64,000 nt of DNA from Flavobacteriaceae bacterium (GCA_029938265.1 JAOZVI010000002.1:1945-65944), one strand, 5' to 3'. Counted from the stretch's first letter, positions 41,417 to 51,151 are shown. Notes: generated by a model from the letters alone, not told the origin. Made by a program: numbers and translations.

Positions 41417-41583
41417 TTATTATTTTAATACTCCATTAATTTTTCGGGTTTAACTTCCTTACAAATCATATTTACTTTTAAACTGATTTAAAAATAATTG
41501 ATGGAATATTTTGGTGTTTTACTTTTAGTAAGCTCCTTAATAAAAAAATTAAGAATCTTTAAAAAAATGCTTTTTAGTTTATG

Positions 41584-41619
41584 TCAATAAAGGTATCCGT
41601 CAAAAAAGACGGACACCTT
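41584..41619 (-). terminator. Rho-independent terminator after tuf
   Basis: 12-bp stem (AAGGTGTCCGTC / GACGGATACCTT on the minus strand, with one G-U pair valid only on the minus strand), then TTTATT. Confidence 0.65.
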
Positions 41620-41649
41620 TTATTATACATAAAATATTTTCAACATTTT

Positions 41650-42837
41650 TTAGTCTAAAATCTCAGTTACCTGACCAGCTCCTACTGTTCTACCACCCTC
41701 ACGGATTGCAAAACGTAAACCAATGTTCAAGGCAATTGCTTGATGTAAATCAACTTTGATCGTTAAATTATCACCCGGCATTACCATTTCAACACCTTCT
41801 GGTAAATTAATTGTACCAGTAACGTCTGTAGTTCTTACATAGAACTGTGGACGGTAATTTTTATGGAATGGAGTATGACGACCACCTTCTTCTTTTTTCA
41901 AGATATAAACCTCTGCTTTAAATTTTGCATGAGGAGTAATTGAGCCCGGTTTACAAATAACCATACCTCTTTTGATTTCATCTTTATCTATCCCTCTCAA
42001 TAATATTCCAACGTTATCACCAGCTTCACCTCTATCTAAAATTTTACGGAACATTTCAACACCTGTTACAGTTGATGTCAATTTTTCTGCACCCATACCT
42101 ATAATCTCTACAGAATCACCGGTATTAGCAACACCCATTTCAATACGACCAGTAGCTACAGTACCACGACCAGTAATCGAGAATACATCTTCAACAGGCA
42201 TTAAAAAATCTTTATCAACATCTCTTTTAGGTAACTCAATCCATGCATCAACAGCATCCATCAATTCCATTATCGTTTCTTCCCATTTTGCTTCACCATT
42301 TAAAGCACCTAAAGCAGAACCTTGAATTACTGGTGAATTATCTCCATCATATTCGTAGAAAGACAATAATTCTCTTATTTCCATTTCTACTAATTCTAAT
42401 AATTCTTCATCATCTACCATATCTACCTTATTCATATACACAACCATTCTAGGAATACCAACCTGGCGACCTAATAAGATGTGTTCACGAGTTTGAGGCA
42501 TTGGTCCGTCAGTCGCAGCAACCACTAAAATTGCACCGTCCATTTGAGCAGCACCAGTTACCATGTTCTTTACATAATCCGCGTGACCTGGACAGTCAAC
42601 GTGAGCATAGTGACGATTTTCAGTTGCATACTCAACGTGAGCAGTATTAATAGTAATACCTCTTTCTTTTTCCTCAGGAGCATTATCGATTTGGTCAAAA
42701 CCTTTAACTTCAGAAAGACCTTTTTTAGCTAATACTGTTGTAATTGCAGCTGTTAAAGTAGTTTTACCGTGGTCAACATGCCCAATAGTACCGATGTTTA
42801 AATGCGGCTTGGAGCGATCAAATTTTTCTTTTGCCAT
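41650..42837 (-). CDS. tuf: Elongation factor Tu
   Basis: [33 protein letters not shown]... Confidence 0.98.
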   Translation of the reverse strand: MAKEKFDRSKPHLNIGTIGHVDHGKTTLTAAITTVLAKKGLSEVKGFDQIDNAPEEKERGITINTAHVEYATENRHYAHVDCPGHADYVKNMVTGAAQMDGAILVVAATDGPMPQTREHILLGRQVGIPRMVVYMNKVDMVDDEELLELVEMEIRELLSFYEYDGDNSPVIQGSALGALNGEAKWEETIMELMDAVDAWIELPKRDVDKDFLMPVEDVFSITGRGTVATGRIEMGVANTGDSVEIIGMGAEKLTSTVTGVEMFRKILDRGEAGDNVGILLRGIDKDEIKRGMVICKPGSITPHAKFKAEVYILKKEEGGRHTPFHKNYRPQFYVRTTDVTGTINLPEGVEMVMPGDNLTIKVDLHQAIALNIGLRFAIREGGRTVGAGQVTEILD

Positions 42838-43011
42838 GATTGTTAAATTTTATCTTAGTTATTTAATAGTGTTTAATTTATTTGAAATTTTCTTAATTGT
42901 ATTTAGAAATGAAATAAATTATTTTTAATTTCGTTCTTTTATACAAATCAATCTAATTTCAATTGTCTTTTTATTTGATTTGTCAATTGTTTTAATCTAA
43001 ATACAACAAGA

Positions 43012-43083
43012 GCCAATGACGGGATTTGAACCCGTGACCTCTTCCTTACCAAGGAAACGCTCTACCCCTGAGCTACACCGGCT
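43012..43083 (-). tRNA. tRNA-Thr (anticodon GGT)
   Basis: Manual cloverleaf: acceptor GCCGGTG/CATTGGC (two G-U pairs), anticodon loop TTGGTAA, T-loop TTCAAAT. Confidence 0.85.
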
Positions 43084-43216
43084 TTTGCTTAATTGGATCA
43101 AACCGGACTCCTCATTTTTTACTTTTGCACCCATGTACAAAATTACCTGGGACAGGTTTTACTCTTACAACTTAATCTTTCTATCATATTTTCATCATAA
43201 TATGTTGTAAAAAATG

Positions 43217-43289
43217 AGCGGGAGACCGGGCTCGAACCGGCGACAATCAGCTTGGAAGGCTGAAGCTCTACCAACTGAGCTACTCCCGC
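43217..43289 (-). tRNA. tRNA-Gly (anticodon TCC)
   Basis: Acceptor GCGGGAG/CTCCCGC, anticodon loop CTTCCAA, T-loop TTCGAGC. Confidence 0.9.
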
Positions 43290-43317
43290 ATTGTTTTGAA
43301 ATATATAAAATATATTG

Positions 43318-43398
43318 TGGGGAGAGAAGGATTCGAACCTTCGAAGGTTGCCCAACAGAGTTACAGTCTGTCCTCGTTGACCGCTTGAGTATCTCCCC
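43318..43398 (-). tRNA. tRNA-Tyr (anticodon GTA), class II with a long variable arm
   Basis: Acceptor GGGGAGA/TCTCCCC, anticodon loop CTGTAAC, 12-nt variable region, T-loop TTCGAAT. 81 nt. Confidence 0.9.
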
Positions 43399-43425
43399 AA
43401 TATATTTATTTTTTTTCAAAGAACG

Positions 43426-43499
43426 AGCCGATAGAGGGACTCGAACCCACGACCTGCTGATTACAAATCAGCTGCTCTAGCCAGCTGAGCTACATCGGC
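43426..43499 (-). tRNA. tRNA-Thr (anticodon TGT)
   Basis: Acceptor GCCGATG/TATCGGC, anticodon loop TTTGTAA, T-loop TTCGAGT. One mismatch in the T stem. Confidence 0.85.
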
Positions 43500-43556
43500 T
43501 TTTGAATTATTGTTTTAATAATTAAGAATATAAGGAATTATTTACCTTTATCGCAT

Positions 43557-43588
43557 AAAAAAACAAACCGTTTTTTTCTAACGGTTTG
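43557..43588 (-). terminator. Rho-independent terminator after hpf
   Basis: 8-bp stem CAAACCGT / ACGGTTTG, 9-nt loop, T7 on the minus strand. Confidence 0.65.
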
Positions 43589-43645
43589 CAAATGTAAATA
43601 GTTTTATTTTTTCTACAAAACTTTTTCTATATATATTTTAAAAAA

Positions 43646-43942
43646 TTATGCTTTTTGCTTTTCTTTTCTTTTTAATAACTGCCTTTTTAATGAATCTACT
43701 GCTGTACTTATCCCTTCTTCAAATGTTTTACTGTGTTTTTTAACTACCACATCATTTCCTGGTATCATTATTCTTAGATCAGAAATCTTATTTTCTTTTT
43801 CTTTTGTTTTCTGAACCTTTAAAAAAACTTCTGCACCTAAGATATTGTCATTAAACTTCTCTAAACTCTCAACTTTCTTTTCTACAAAATTCATCAAGTC
43901 TTTGTCAATATTAAAATTGACTGATTGAACAGATACTTTCAT
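43646..43942 (-). CDS. hpf: Ribosome hibernation factor (short HPF/RaiA family)
   Basis: 98 aa. MKVSVQSVNFNIDKDLMNFVEKKVESLEKF... is typical of the sigma-54 modulation / S30EA family. Confidence 0.85.
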   Translation of the reverse strand: MKVSVQSVNFNIDKDLMNFVEKKVESLEKFNDNILGAEVFLKVQKTKEKENKISDLRIMIPGNDVVVKKHSKTFEEGISTAVDSLKRQLLKRKEKQKA

Positions 43943-43944
43943 AT

Positions 43945-44838
43945 TTATTGGTTGTTTTTATTGCTCCTTGGGTGAGCTCGGTTATACATTTGTTTTATTG
44001 TTTTTAAGCTATTATGTGTATAAACTTGTGTTGAAGCTAAGCTCGAATGCCCAAGTAATTCCTTCACCGAGTTTAGATCAGCACCTTCATTTAATAAATG
44101 TGTTGCAAAAGAATGCCTGATCATATGTGGGCTTTTTTTAACCTTTGATGACACTTTACTAAAATACTCATTTATTACTCTATAAACAAGTGTTGGATAC
44201 AATTTTTTTCCTTTCTTTGTGATAAATAAATTATCAACTTCCGTTTTTAATTTACTTCTCAATAATAGATATTCCTGAACCGTAACGTTTATAGAATTTA
44301 ACAACGGAATATACCTTTCTTTATTTCTTTTACCTAACACTTTAACAATCCCTTTTGAAATATCAATGTCTGATATTTTTAAATCGATCAATTCTGCTCT
44401 TCTCATGCCTGTTGAATAAAATAATTCAACCATTAGCTTATTTCTTACAGTTTCAAAATCTTTATTGTTTTGAAATTTTTTAATTACTTCATTAATTTCA
44501 TCCGTTGTAAAAGGAATATTAACTTCTTTTGCAACTTTTAACGCTTTGTGTTTTTGTAATGGATTATATTTTATTTGCTTGGTTTTTAATAAAAAATTAT
44601 AAAACGATTTTAAAGAACTTATTTTACGGTTTATTGAACGATTTGAGATATTTGAGTTAACCATACTAACTATCCAGCTCCGTATATAGGTATAGGATAT
44701 ATTCTCAATATCCTTTTGGTCAAAATGTTCAACACAGAAATTTTGAAAAATCTCAATATCATTTCTATAAGCAACAAGCGTGTGAGAAGAGTATTTTTTC
44801 TCGTGTTCCAAGTATGCGATAAAAGCAGAAATACTCAA
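43945..44838 (-). CDS. Tyrosine recombinase, XerC/XerD family
   Basis: N-terminal SAM-like domain. Catalytic residues in context: GMRRAEL, HMIRHSFATHLL, LLGHSSLASTQVYTH. Confidence 0.85.
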   Translation of the reverse strand: MSISAFIAYLEHEKKYSSHTLVAYRNDIEIFQNFCVEHFDQKDIENISYTYIRSWIVSMVNSNISNRSINRKISSLKSFYNFLLKTKQIKYNPLQKHKALKVAKEVNIPFTTDEINEVIKKFQNNKDFETVRNKLMVELFYSTGMRRAELIDLKISDIDISKGIVKVLGKRNKERYIPLLNSINVTVQEYLLLRSKLKTEVDNLFITKKGKKLYPTLVYRVINEYFSKVSSKVKKSPHMIRHSFATHLLNEGADLNSVKELLGHSSLASTQVYTHNSLKTIKQMYNRAHPRSNKNNQ

Positions 44839-44944
44839 ATTATTTTACTTTAAAACTGTAGATAAATCTGAAAAATATTATTTACTACTAAACATATCCC
44901 TCCTAACAAATCTACAAAAAATATATCAAATCAAGATTGTGTAA

Positions 44945-44977
44945 AATAAAAAATCCGTTAGTTCTACACCAACGGAT
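44945..44977 (-). terminator. Rho-independent terminator after rpsU
   Basis: 7-bp stem ATCCGTT / AACGGAT, 11-nt loop, TTTTTAT on the minus strand. Confidence 0.5.
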
Positions 44978-45002
44978 CTTAATATTTAATCAAATTACCA
45001 GT

Positions 45003-45200
45003 TTAACCTTTTTCTTCGTTGGTTCTAATATTTTGAATATATTTTGCTTTAAGCAATTGCTGTCTTTTAGTAACAGAAGGCTTGTTAAATTGTTTGCGCT
45101 CACGAAGCTGTTTCATTGTCTTTGTGCGGTCAAACTTCCTTTTAAAACGTTTTAACGCTCTATCTATATTTTCTCCATCCTTTACAGGTATAATTAACAT
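45003..45200 (-). CDS. rpsU: 30S ribosomal protein S21 (bS21)
   Basis: MLIIPVKDGENIDRALKRFKRKFDRTKTMKQLRERKQF... Confidence 0.95.
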   Translation of the reverse strand: MLIIPVKDGENIDRALKRFKRKFDRTKTMKQLRERKQFNKPSVTKRQQLLKAKYIQNIRTNEEKG

Positions 45201-45207
45201 AAAGAGG

Positions 45208-45217
45208 CACCTCCTTT
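45208..45217 (-). promoter_or_regulatory. Strong Shine-Dalgarno element AAAGGAGGTG upstream of rpsU
   Basis: The minus strand reads ATGAAAGGAGGTGCCTCTTTATG. There is a 9-nt spacer between GGAGG and the rpsU ATG. The other gene starts I inspected (tuf, groEL, groES, rpoB) have no SD. Confidence 0.75.
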
Positions 45218-45322
45218 CATAAATTCTTTTTTAAGTTATTAATTTCGGGATGCAAATATACAAAGAAAACCATTATATAATATTTTTATTTCAGTTATTT
45301 TTAAATAGTCTATATTTGACTC

Positions 45323-46336
45323 ATGAGGCTGTTATTTAGATTATTTTTATACTTATTCCTTTTTATAATCATATTCGTTGTAGGATTCTATTTTTGGGCT
45401 TCTTCTCCAAACTTTCCAAAATCTGATTATGCCCAAGTTAAGGTAAATCAATTTACACCTCTAATTACTAATGACTCTATTTATAGTATTATTACATACA
45501 ATATTGGTTATTTAAGTGGAATGACAAATAATCTTCCAATAAAAAACTCCAAATCTTTTTATGATGACAATCTTAAACTTGTAAAGTCACAATACAAAAA
45601 ATTAAATGCTGATATACTTACTTTTCAAGAAATTGATTTTGCCTCAAAACGATCTTATGATGTTAACCAACAAGATGAAATTGCAACTTTAGGTTATAAT
45701 CATGTTGCACAAGCTATAAATTGGGATAAAAAATATTTGCCTTTTCCTGAATTTCCAATATCCATGCATTATGGTAAAATTTTATCAGGGCAATCTGTTT
45801 TAAGTAAATTTAAAATAATAGATCAAGAAAGAATTGAATTAGAAAGGAATACAACCAATCCATTTTATTACGATAGATTTTATATCGATAGATTGGCACA
45901 AATTGTAAAAATTCAAATCAAAAATAAAATAGTAATTATTATTAATGTACATTTGGAAGCTTATCATTCTGAAACAAGATTGAAGCAAACTAAAAAGATC
46001 ATTGAAATATTTAATCAATACAATAAAGAATTTCCTACTCTTTTGATAGGTGATTTTAACAGCGATATTAAAAATGAAAATGCAAGTATTAACTTACTAT
46101 TAAACATTCCAAAAACAGGAAATGCAGTTTTTGATAAAAAATATCCAAAAACATTTGATTCAGAAAAACCAACAGAAAGATTAGATTATATCTTTTATAA
46201 TACTGATTTTATAGAATTTATTGATGGAAGAGTGCTTACTGAATTTAATCAAGCCTCTGATCATTTACCCTTATTAATGAAATTTAAATTTAAAAAACAT
46301 GGAAGAATTACAAACTCAAAAATTAAAACCCCTTAG
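45323..46336 (+). CDS. Endonuclease/exonuclease/phosphatase (EEP) family protein with an N-terminal membrane anchor
   Basis: ILTFQEIDF, VHLEAY, GDFNS and ASDHLPL motifs. Confidence 0.8.
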   Translation: MRLLFRLFLYLFLFIIIFVVGFYFWASSPNFPKSDYAQVKVNQFTPLITNDSIYSIITYNIGYLSGMTNNLPIKNSKSFYDDNLKLVKSQYKKLNADILTFQEIDFASKRSYDVNQQDEIATLGYNHVAQAINWDKKYLPFPEFPISMHYGKILSGQSVLSKFKIIDQERIELERNTTNPFYYDRFYIDRLAQIVKIQIKNKIVIIINVHLEAYHSETRLKQTKKIIEIFNQYNKEFPTLLIGDFNSDIKNENASINLLLNIPKTGNAVFDKKYPKTFDSEKPTERLDYIFYNTDFIEFIDGRVLTEFNQASDHLPLLMKFKFKKHGRITNSKIKTP

Positions 46337-46553
46337 CGTACAAGAATGGGCTTTAACAATTTTTATCTCCGGCTTACCAATAGTTGGCCTTATCATGCTA
46401 TTGATCTGGGCTTTTAGTGATGACACAAATATCCATAAAAAAAATTGGGCTAAAGGAAGCCTTTTAATTATGATTATATTTATTGCTTTATTTTTTGTTT
46501 TTATATTCATTTTTGGAGGAATGGCATTAATTTCAAATATGTTTAATAACTAA
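46299..46553 (+). CDS. Small membrane protein (two transmembrane segments), hypothetical
   Basis: 84-aa ORF with two long hydrophobic segments. It overlaps the EEP gene 3' end by 38 nt in another frame. Confidence 0.45.
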   Translation: MEELQTQKLKPLSVQEWALTIFISGLPIVGLIMLLIWAFSDDTNIHKKNWAKGSLLIMIIFIALFFVFIFIFGGMALISNMFNN

Positions 46554-46567
46554 GCTGCTAAAACAGA

Positions 46568-46626
46568 TCATCAAAGATTTCATTTAATGAACTCAAATGA
46601 GTTCATTAAATCTTTGGTGATTTTTT
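46568..46626 (+). terminator. Long imperfect hairpin followed by a T-run (terminator)
   Basis: Inner 12-bp stem TTTAATGAACTC / GAGTTCATTAAA. Outer 11-bp stem TCATCAAAGAT / ATCTTTGGTGA (one G-U pair). Then T6. Confidence 0.7.
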
Positions 46627-46729
46627 AATCCCGGAATCTTTTTTAATATTCTTAGTTTTTGTTTATGCGATTACAACCATTGGTAAACCAGGAAAAATAT
46701 CAACTAAATTTTTTAAAAAATTTTGTGTT

Positions 46730-47233
46730 TTAAATAGGGTCTTTACAAATTATTATTTCATCTAAATTAACAGCTGTTTTATTAAAAAATGTATAACTCT
46801 CTATAGGTAGACCTCCGGCAGTAAAAATCCTTGCCAATCTAAGAGATTTTTCTTCTATTGTGAATATCCAAGTCTCAAAATCATCTTCTTCAAGGATTAT
46901 TTTAAGCACCAAACTATCTTTAGAATTTTCAAGAATTTGAAACTGAACTGTAGAAATATCCAAATAACAAAAACAATCTTCCTCCAGATAATTTACCCAA
47001 ATTTCAATAGGTAAATCATAATTATCATTTAATTTATAGTATAAAAGACTATATTCAACACCATTTTCAAAATGAATATGTTTCCATTTTATTTCTGCAT
47101 TACATTCTAAAAAAGTTGTACACAAAGTTTCTATTTCGTCATTATTATCTAAATTACAATTGGCAAAAGAAAACGTGACTATAAGTAAAATGAAGAGGTA
47201 ATAACAGCTGTTTTTATTGAACAAAAGTTTCAT
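46730..47233 (-). CDS. Hypothetical lipoprotein
   Basis: Signal/lipobox FSFANC. Acidic, Cys-containing, 167 aa. No recognisable family. Confidence 0.5.
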   Translation of the reverse strand: MKLLFNKNSCYYLFILLIVTFSFANCNLDNNDEIETLCTTFLECNAEIKWKHIHFENGVEYSLLYYKLNDNYDLPIEIWVNYLEEDCFCYLDISTVQFQILENSKDSLVLKIILEEDDFETWIFTIEEKSLRLARIFTAGGLPIESYTFFNKTAVNLDEIIICKDPI

Positions 47234-47349
47234 GATACAAACATTTAATGATAAGCATAAAGTTTATAGCATTAATATTTAACAAACAATGACGCTCATC
47301 AATAAAAAGAATGATTCTCGTCAACTTTTATCCAAATTTATTATAAAAA

Positions 47350-49698
47350 TCAATTTTTCTTTTTGCTAAATATCCTTTTAAAGAATGAATCTTTATTTTT
47401 CTTTTTAGCTTTCCGTGAAGCTTTTTTAGAGGCTTTTTCTACAGTTGTTCTGTTCTTTTTAAAAATGCCTTCAAAGAACTTTTCGAAATCAGAATCTTCT
47501 TTATAATCTTCACAAAATAAGGCATCTGTAAGATCATCGGGCAAGGTTGGAAATACTTTTGAATATTTTCTTTTTAGTTTTGAGTTTTTTTGAACTTTTT
47601 GGAGTGTTTTCGCAACCAATGGTAAAGCCAGAGTACTACCTGATCCATTTGTGCCCGAACTAAAATGAACACTTGGCAAAGATGCCCCAACCCTGGTCAC
47701 CAATAATAATTTTGGATTGTAGGCTATAAACCAGGCATCAGCATAATCTTGAGAAGTCCCGGTTTTACCTGCCAGAGGTAGAGTAACTCCGTAAATATTA
47801 TGCATTGATTTTCCGGTTCCTTCAATGATTGCTTTTTGTAAAACAGCATTCATTAATTGTGTGGTTTGTTTGTTTAAAACTTCATTTTCAGGCTGAACAT
47901 ATTCATTTTGATATAATACTTTACCATTTGCTGTTTTAATTGAAGTTATCAACTGTGGTGTGATACTTTTACCGCCATTTGCAAAAATAGCATAAGCTAT
48001 TGCCAATTCATAAATACTGGCACTAGCAGTTCCCAAAGCTATTGATGGTTTATTTACTAATTCCTGACTAAAACCCAAATTCTCCCATGTGTTTTCAAGA
48101 TCTTTAAAAGGTGTTTGTAGAAATAGATTTACCGTTGGAATATTCATTGATTTGGCTAAAGCTGCAGCAACCGAATATTTTCCACCTGTTGATTTATTGT
48201 AATTTTGAGGTGTCCAGTTATCAAAATCCGTTAATACTATTGAGTCATTTTCTAAATACTGACAAGGCATTACACCATTTTCAAAAGCTGTAGCGTACAA
48301 AATGGGTTTAAAAGTAGATGCCACCTGACGCTGGGCAAAGATCTGATCGTAGGGCTGCGTACGAAAATCAATTCCTCCCACCCATATTTTAACACTTCCG
48401 GTTTCTGGATCAATCGCTAAATACCCTGCATGTAACATTGTAAGTTCATTCTTAATACTATCTCTTATCGATATTGAATCAGTATGAAAACCTTCCCAGG
48501 AAAATATTTCACGGTTTTTTTTGATGTCTGCTTCATTTGTTAGCTTTAGTTTTTCAAGCTTGCTAACCACTAATTGTTCTAATTCCTTCTTATAAACACC
48601 CCTTTTATACTGATTCCTCAAGCGCTTTTGCATTTTCTTTAAATGACTTTTATAAGCCGTTAAAGCATAGTTTTGCATGGTAAAATTTAAAGATGTAGTA
48701 ATTATTAAACCGCTTTTGCGAATATTATAAATTGTATCTAATCTTTTGTTAATCGTTTTTAAAATTTCGTTTACTTCTTTTTTAACCTGTACCAAAAAGT
48801 AGTTAGCAGGTCCTTCAGATTCCAAATTGGCATAATCAAGTTTTAAAGGTGTTTTTTTGATAGAATCAGAAACATGCTCACTCAAATAATTGTATTTTTC
48901 CATCTGATCCAAAACAATATTTCTTCGTCGTAGAGCATGATCAGGATATAATCTCGGATTATAATAAGTATTTGCTTTTAACAATCCCACTAAAACCGCA
49001 GCTTCCTCAATCTCAAGATCTTTGGTGCTTTTATTAAAAAAACGTCTTGAGGCAGCTTCAATTCCCTTAACATTTTCTCCAAAAGGAACAGTATTTAGAT
49101 ATAGGGTTAAAATATCATTTTTGCTGTAAATACGCTCCAGCCGATTGGCTAATATTATTTCTTTGGTTTTATTAATTGGCATACTTAACGGGCCAAATTT
49201 ACTACGTCCAAACATGTTTTTTGCCAGTTGCTGTGTAATAGTGCTTCCACCACCTGAGCTTTTTTTCTGCAATAGAATTGTTTTGAATAACACTCTTATT
49301 AAACTGCGGGAATCAACGCCTTCATGTTCAAAATATCGAGCATCTTCGGTGGCAATCAAAGCATTTATCAAGTGTTTAGGTAACTGATCATAAGAAATAT
49401 TTGTCCGGTTTTCTGCAAAAATTTTACCAATGATCTCTCCCTCCTCTGCTAAAACCAAAGAAGCAGTTTCATTTTTAAAATTCTTTAACTCATTAACAGA
49501 GTACAGATGCCCAAAAACATCATAGTAAATTGCTGCAAAAAGTAATCCTAACAAGAAAATCAGGAGAACAAAAAGTTTCCATACTATTTTAAAAAGTCTT
49601 TTCAATATTGAGAAATAATAATAACATTTAAACCATGAAAAATACTTGAGGAGAATATAAAAAAGAACCCTTAAAAGAGTTCTTTTAATTATATGCAA
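47350..49698 (-). CDS. Penicillin-binding protein 1A (bifunctional transglycosylase/transpeptidase)
   Basis: GT51 motifs EDARYFEHEGVD, GGSTITQQLAKN and RKTKE-like. Transpeptidase SxxK (ASTFK) and KTGTS. Confidence 0.9.
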   Translation of the reverse strand: MHIIKRTLLRVLFYILLKYFSWFKCYYYFSILKRLFKIVWKLFVLLIFLLGLLFAAIYYDVFGHLYSVNELKNFKNETASLVLAEEGEIIGKIFAENRTNISYDQLPKHLINALIATEDARYFEHEGVDSRSLIRVLFKTILLQKKSSGGGSTITQQLAKNMFGRSKFGPLSMPINKTKEIILANRLERIYSKNDILTLYLNTVPFGENVKGIEAASRRFFNKSTKDLEIEEAAVLVGLLKANTYYNPRLYPDHALRRRNIVLDQMEKYNYLSEHVSDSIKKTPLKLDYANLESEGPANYFLVQVKKEVNEILKTINKRLDTIYNIRKSGLIITTSLNFTMQNYALTAYKSHLKKMQKRLRNQYKRGVYKKELEQLVVSKLEKLKLTNEADIKKNREIFSWEGFHTDSISIRDSIKNELTMLHAGYLAIDPETGSVKIWVGGIDFRTQPYDQIFAQRQVASTFKPILYATAFENGVMPCQYLENDSIVLTDFDNWTPQNYNKSTGGKYSVAAALAKSMNIPTVNLFLQTPFKDLENTWENLGFSQELVNKPSIALGTASASIYELAIAYAIFANGGKSITPQLITSIKTANGKVLYQNEYVQPENEVLNKQTTQLMNAVLQKAIIEGTGKSMHNIYGVTLPLAGKTGTSQDYADAWFIAYNPKLLLVTRVGASLPSVHFSSGTNGSGSTLALPLVAKTLQKVQKNSKLKRKYSKVFPTLPDDLTDALFCEDYKEDSDFEKFFEGIFKKNRTTVEKASKKASRKAKKKNKDSFFKRIFSKKKN

Positions 49699-49709
49699 TT
49701 ATAACAAAA

Positions 49710-51014
49710 TTATTTACTTTTTTCTAACTGACGTTGAATTTTTTTGATAGCATTTTCAATTGATTTCTCAGGTTCAATTACATTGTAATCTCCCCAAAAT
49801 TCAGGATCAGAAAAACCGGAAGCTTTATCAGATAAAATAACATTTGATCTTAATCTTTCTTTATTCTTCAATTTAATATTCTCTGTATTTACCTCCCAAT
49901 CAGTTACAGCCATTTCAATGGTTATATAATACATTGAGTTAAATAATTTTTTATCCCAATCAATTTTAAATGCCAATTCAACCCGGCTATAACCATAATA
50001 CCATTTCCCGTCTTTTTCACGAAAATCAACCTGATAATTTGCAACAGTTGGTTCTACTTTAGCTTTATATGGCTTTTTCTTAACAAAATATTTACTCGCA
50101 CTTTCTTTACTTTCCAGATTTAAACTTATAACCGCTTTACTCAAAGCATAAGATTGTGCATCGATATATAATTTTCCATAAAATAAAGGGTACGGAATCC
50201 CTGCATACTGTCTAAAATTCAATACATAAGTAGGCCGGTTATTAATTATGATAGTTTTATCAAATGTAAATTTATAATTGTTAAAAATGTCCTCATTAAA
50301 AATGATTTTTTTGTTTTTAGCAATATCAAAATTCAATGCGTTATATGGTCCGCCCTGAAGTTTGATCAAAAGTGTATCGAGTCTTCTATAATCAGAGCTT
50401 TTTCTTGTCTGATTAAGTTTTATATAATCATTTGATACAGATTGATAGGGCTGCTTGTATATTTTAACAACTGCTTCTGATAAAGAAGCGTATTTCTTTC
50501 TCTTTTTAATTGATTCACGATAAAAAGCAGTCATTAAAACTGGATCTTCAAAATAATTATTTCGCATATTATCAATTACTTTATTTATTAAAAACTTTGG
50601 ATCTTTAGCTGTTACACTTACCTCTGAAAGTTTTTCAACAGATTCATCGAGTGCAATCACATTTTTTTTATTTGAAAAATCAACTAATGGAATGACTTTA
50701 TTATAATAACCCAAATAAGTTATTGTAACATTTTTATCCATTTCACTTTTAGGGACTTTCAATAAAAACTCACCATCAGAATTAGAAATTGTGGAAATAT
50801 TGGTTTCACTAACTGAAATATTTGCAAACTCTAATGGTTTTTTTGTTTTGCTGTTTTTAACTACTCCACTAAATTGAACAAATTCAGCGATGTCAGTTTG
50901 TTGAGCATTTGATAATGGAACTGTGTGTAAATATCCTATTACAATAAACCAAAATATGGCAACAGAAAAATATTTTTTACTGTTTTTGTGTCGTTTAGTT
51001 TTCATGTTATTCAA
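49710..51014 (-). CDS. Carboxypeptidase-regulatory-like domain protein
   Basis: The N-terminal segment FSGVVKNSKTKKPLEFANISV...SNSDGEFLLKV is typical of CarboxypepD_reg. The rest is unassigned. Confidence 0.55.
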   Translation of the reverse strand: MNNMKTKRHKNSKKYFSVAIFWFIVIGYLHTVPLSNAQQTDIAEFVQFSGVVKNSKTKKPLEFANISVSETNISTISNSDGEFLLKVPKSEMDKNVTITYLGYYNKVIPLVDFSNKKNVIALDESVEKLSEVSVTAKDPKFLINKVIDNMRNNYFEDPVLMTAFYRESIKKRKKYASLSEAVVKIYKQPYQSVSNDYIKLNQTRKSSDYRRLDTLLIKLQGGPYNALNFDIAKNKKIIFNEDIFNNYKFTFDKTIIINNRPTYVLNFRQYAGIPYPLFYGKLYIDAQSYALSKAVISLNLESKESASKYFVKKKPYKAKVEPTVANYQVDFREKDGKWYYGYSRVELAFKIDWDKKLFNSMYYITIEMAVTDWEVNTENIKLKNKERLRSNVILSDKASGFSDPEFWGDYNVIEPEKSIENAIKKIQRQLEKSK

Positions 51015-51151
51015 GAAATTAAATGAGTGATTTATTTGATTTTTTTACAATCACAAGATAGTGATTTACAAAAAAATAAAAAAGATATTTAACATTACAT
51101 TTTAAACGTTTAAAGTGCTTTTTCATGCGTATTGAAATGACCCATAAAAAT

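Noticed and set aside
4250-42732. Many antisense or alternative-frame ORFs nested in large genes, for example 4250-4543, 4696-4944, 10036-10434, 19723-20268, 24897-25202, 25551-25805, 34290-34673, 37425-37676, 41972-42325 and 51519-51770
   Set aside because: Each lies wholly or mostly inside a confidently identified gene (hutU, gldM, miaB, groEL, rpoB/C, tuf, modC) on the other strand or in another frame. Their composition is low-complexity (S/I/L/F-rich), typical of shadow ORFs in AT-rich genomes.
43016-43480. Four track ORFs (43016-43210, 43143-43400, 43195-43419, 43214-43480) overlapping the tRNA cluster
   Set aside because: They are translations of the tRNA genes themselves and of short spacers. 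The cloverleaf structures explain the sequence, and the ORFs have no protein-like features.
43945-44838. Tyrosine recombinase next to a tRNA cluster, considered as a possible integrative-element boundary
   Set aside because: It is sandwiched between hpf (2-nt gap) and rpsU, both housekeeping genes. No direct repeat of a tRNA 3' end is visible nearby and there are no cargo genes. The arrangement looks like the conserved Xer-type recombinase locus of Flavobacteriia rather than a mobile element.
51015-51151. Tiny minus-strand ORF (MGHFNTHEKAL) in the gap upstream of the carboxypeptidase-regulatory-like gene
   Set aside because: It has only 11 codons and no supporting signal or recognisable motif. 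It is most likely a chance ORF.
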